Assembly (NCBI GenBank): GCA_012295275.1
Contig: CM022677.1
Location: 1,736,001 to 1,800,000, forward strand
DNA from: Chrysomallon squamiferum
Lineage: Eukaryota > Animalia > Mollusca
Direction of reading: 5' to 3'
Length of the DNA stretch: 64,000 bases
The notes under the pieces are model-generated. The model had not been told where the DNA came from and ran no database searches. It was given only the letters and a program-made list of their open reading frames with translations. Within the stretch, counting starts at the first letter, position 1. Every line of letters starts with the position of its first letter. Below are positions 61,207 to 64,000 of the stretch, piece by piece. The position numbers and the translations under genes are program-made.

Positions 61207-62740
61207 GTATTTCACTGTTTGTCTGTATGTGTGTAAAAATTACATACGATTTGTAAACATTAGTTTATTGGTTACGTAAAATGCCCTCGTCGCAGATTTG
61301 AGCTTCCTTTTAATAATTTTTTTTTGACTTTATCAATATTTTAGAACAGCAAATGGATTATCGAAACGAGTTAAATCGAACAAAGAAACAACAACACAGA
61401 CAATACATAATAATAAGGAACAAATTAAAATAAATATATAAATAAAAATAAAAATAAAAATCTGGAATGACATCATTTTACAGGAAGATGTTATTAGAAT
61501 GTATTTTCTTGAAGAGATAAAGTAGATGGTTATTAATAATAAAAAGTATTTATGTGCTGGCATGTCTTTACGGACGAGTATGGTAAAGAGTTGTCTATTC
61601 TTGTTTTTATAGGGTGTAATGTTCAATTAACCTGTGTCAGTAACATTTATTGTAGGTTTTTAATGTCCTCCGTGCAGATTCTTATTTTGTCTTCGTTCCC
61701 TTTATAACCTTAGTCGTATCATTAATCAAAATTACTGAAACGTGTGTTTTATGATTGTATAGTGTATTATTATCAAGTCACCTGTATATCATAATTAAAT
61801 AATTAATGTAAACCTTAACTTGTATTGTGGATAGGTAGACTTACTGATTTATATAGTTTGCTGTCATTTTAGCGTTTATATTCCTTGTTAGGTGGCCATT
61901 AAAGCACCTTGTTACCCTACACTGAACCTTAATAAAACATCCAATGTGTTTAAAGGTGTGAGCCCCGTGACAGTCGTCTCTTTATAACACTCCACAGTGA
62001 ACCATCATAACACATTTGTGAACAGCAGTATTTAAACATACTCTAATTAATACGCATTGGAAAATTACCCGATTTATACCATCAGCCAGTTTCCTTCATC
62101 TGCAGTCATAAAGCAAACCAGTTTTCATTTTGTGTCGTATTTCATCAGTAAAGTTTTTATTTTCTATGTAGCTATATTTAAAAAAAACTGAAATAAAAAA
62201 AACTTTCACTGCTATTCAGCTTGGTACGGTGTGACAACTTCATTAGTGCCTCTTTGCCAGACTTGTTTTTAATTGTAATTTTGTTTTCTTTGAAGTGAAT
62301 TATAGAATATTAACTAAATCTTTATTTTTATATGCCCCTTAAAGCAGAATGTCTGCTACATTTTATCTTAAATATCTTATTATATTACCATAATATTTAT
62401 TTAGTTATGTTGTATAATCATGTTTATAATTTATATTTTTACAGTCCTTAACTCTTTACGTGATTAATGACAGAAAATAGGGTTAAATACACAAAAACTA
62501 AATAGCAGAGCCTAAATCTATTACTGTTGAATTTTTCATAGTGTTATTCTATTACATTTATAAAAACAAAGATAACGTATTTTAATAATTAAAATATTAT
62601 TTAGAACGATCAAGTAACCAACTGGGCTGAATTAGTTTTGTATTATTTGTCAACGCTATTTGCTTTGATAACGTATCGTCGAATCGTGCGATTTAACTAT
62701 GTAACCATATATTACCCTTGAGGGTTAATTTGTGTAAACA

Positions 62741-62778
<38 letters not shown>

Positions 62779-63189
62779 ATTATCCATACTGAATTCGTGT
62801 TTGTGGTATTGTTCTCTTGTGGATACAGAATAGTCATTTAATAGTTAAGCTGTCTGAGATAATTAACACCTTGTCACGTGATGCTATTATAGTCTGCTGC
62901 CCTTTCAGGTACTAATACCACTCAGACTAGTCACATGACATATGCACTACCTTCTGATTTCGAGTGAAAATTCCACAGCAAAAGAACGTATACATATCAG
63001 CTATGTCTCTGCAGGAACTCAATTTTAGAAGTAGTTTCACTTGTTAAACAATGGCAGCAATTTGCATGTAATTAGACCACAGTGTGAGAAGAAATGATCA
63101 CACTTCTTTGAAGGATTAATAAACAATGATCCCATGTCTTGTAATAATATCTGCAGCTAGATGAATGAGACTATTTTCATTGTGTTGTG

Positions 63190-63620
63190 ATACTTAAGTA
63201 AATTCACTCATTTACATTTAGTGTGAAAAGTAGAATCTGCATAAATACATGTGAGCACATTTTGTGTTGTTTATTGGATTCATAATGGTCAGAGTGATCT
63301 AAAAGATGACAATGCATTTTAAAGTGAAATTAATAGAAGAGATTTCATCAGATCCATTGTGCAAACAAAAAGATAAGTCACTTAATACAGAAAAACAGAG
63401 ACTAGCTGTCATTCTATCACATAATGACTATCACCAGACAGTGTGCAAAACCAAGATTTTGGCAGAGAGAAAATGAATAAATACTAGCAAGTTAACAAAA
63501 CCTGAACTGATGGTTGCATCAATGCTTTCAGCAAGAAACAAACAACATATCATCCATTTGCAATCTGATTTTAGTTTTTTTATATACAACATGAGAAAAA
63601 TAGAAAAGTTTTTTGTTAAA
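63190..63620 (+). mobile_element. Probable second decayed copy of the Tigger-like relic
   Basis: TAAGTAAATTCACTCATTTA..GTGTGAAAAGTAGA..TTTATTGGATTCAT matches the reverse complement of 38860-38946; extent uncertain. Confidence 0.33.
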
Positions 63621-64000
63621 GCTTTGGTAGGAGAGTACTGTGTTTATGTCTTGTGTTACAAGTTATCTTACACTTTGATGTAATTTAACACATTTTATTT
63701 GTAAACAGTGAATCAAACTGATCTTCCTTTTGTGGCACTAAATTTAAAACAGTATTTATGTTAATGTTACAAAGCCACATTTACTAATAAACTTTGTCTT
63801 TCTTGTTTCTAGAAAATTCAGTGAATACACTTTAACTGATTTTAAAATCCTGGTATTTTTCAGACTGAACTAATAAAAAATTACTGATAACACTGCTTAC
63901 ATTTACACTTTTGTAAATAAACAAAGCTAAGCAAGGCTTTAGCATTCAAGAACTGTTAATAAAAACTATAAATGAAAATATTTTAAAAAATGACTCTTAT

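Overview
AT-rich, microsatellite-dense animal (probably invertebrate, mollusc-like) genomic DNA made of three contigs joined by two 200-N gaps (22221-22420, 49057-49256). Each contig carries one copy of a two-coding-exon BTB-BACK-PHR (BTBD1/2/3/6-like, Cullin-3 adaptor type) gene. Copy 1 (minus, 3295-5004) has one in-frame TGA, copy 2 (minus, 40450-42092) has frameshifts, and copy 3 (plus, 55056-57012) is an intact 434-aa ORF. The window also holds a ~2.7-kb tandem array of promoter/first-exon-like units (6.3-17.8 kb), a ~13.8-kb 49-bp satellite, a large inverted duplication abutting the second gap, LINE ORF1, hAT and pogo/Tigger relics, and the first two coding exons of a LigB/Memo-fold dioxygenase-like gene (60227-61206). 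Two signals stand out. (i) The BTB copies are nearly identical except for about five short hypervariable patches in the PHR domain, which suggests a diversifying substrate-recognition repertoire. (ii) The 3' splice acceptor of the coding intron is amplified as a 69-bp minisatellite (1, 3 or 7 acceptors per copy) in which every acceptor but the last leads straight into a stop codon. Some of the duplication could be haplotype or assembly artefact, and all coordinates and alignments were read by eye.
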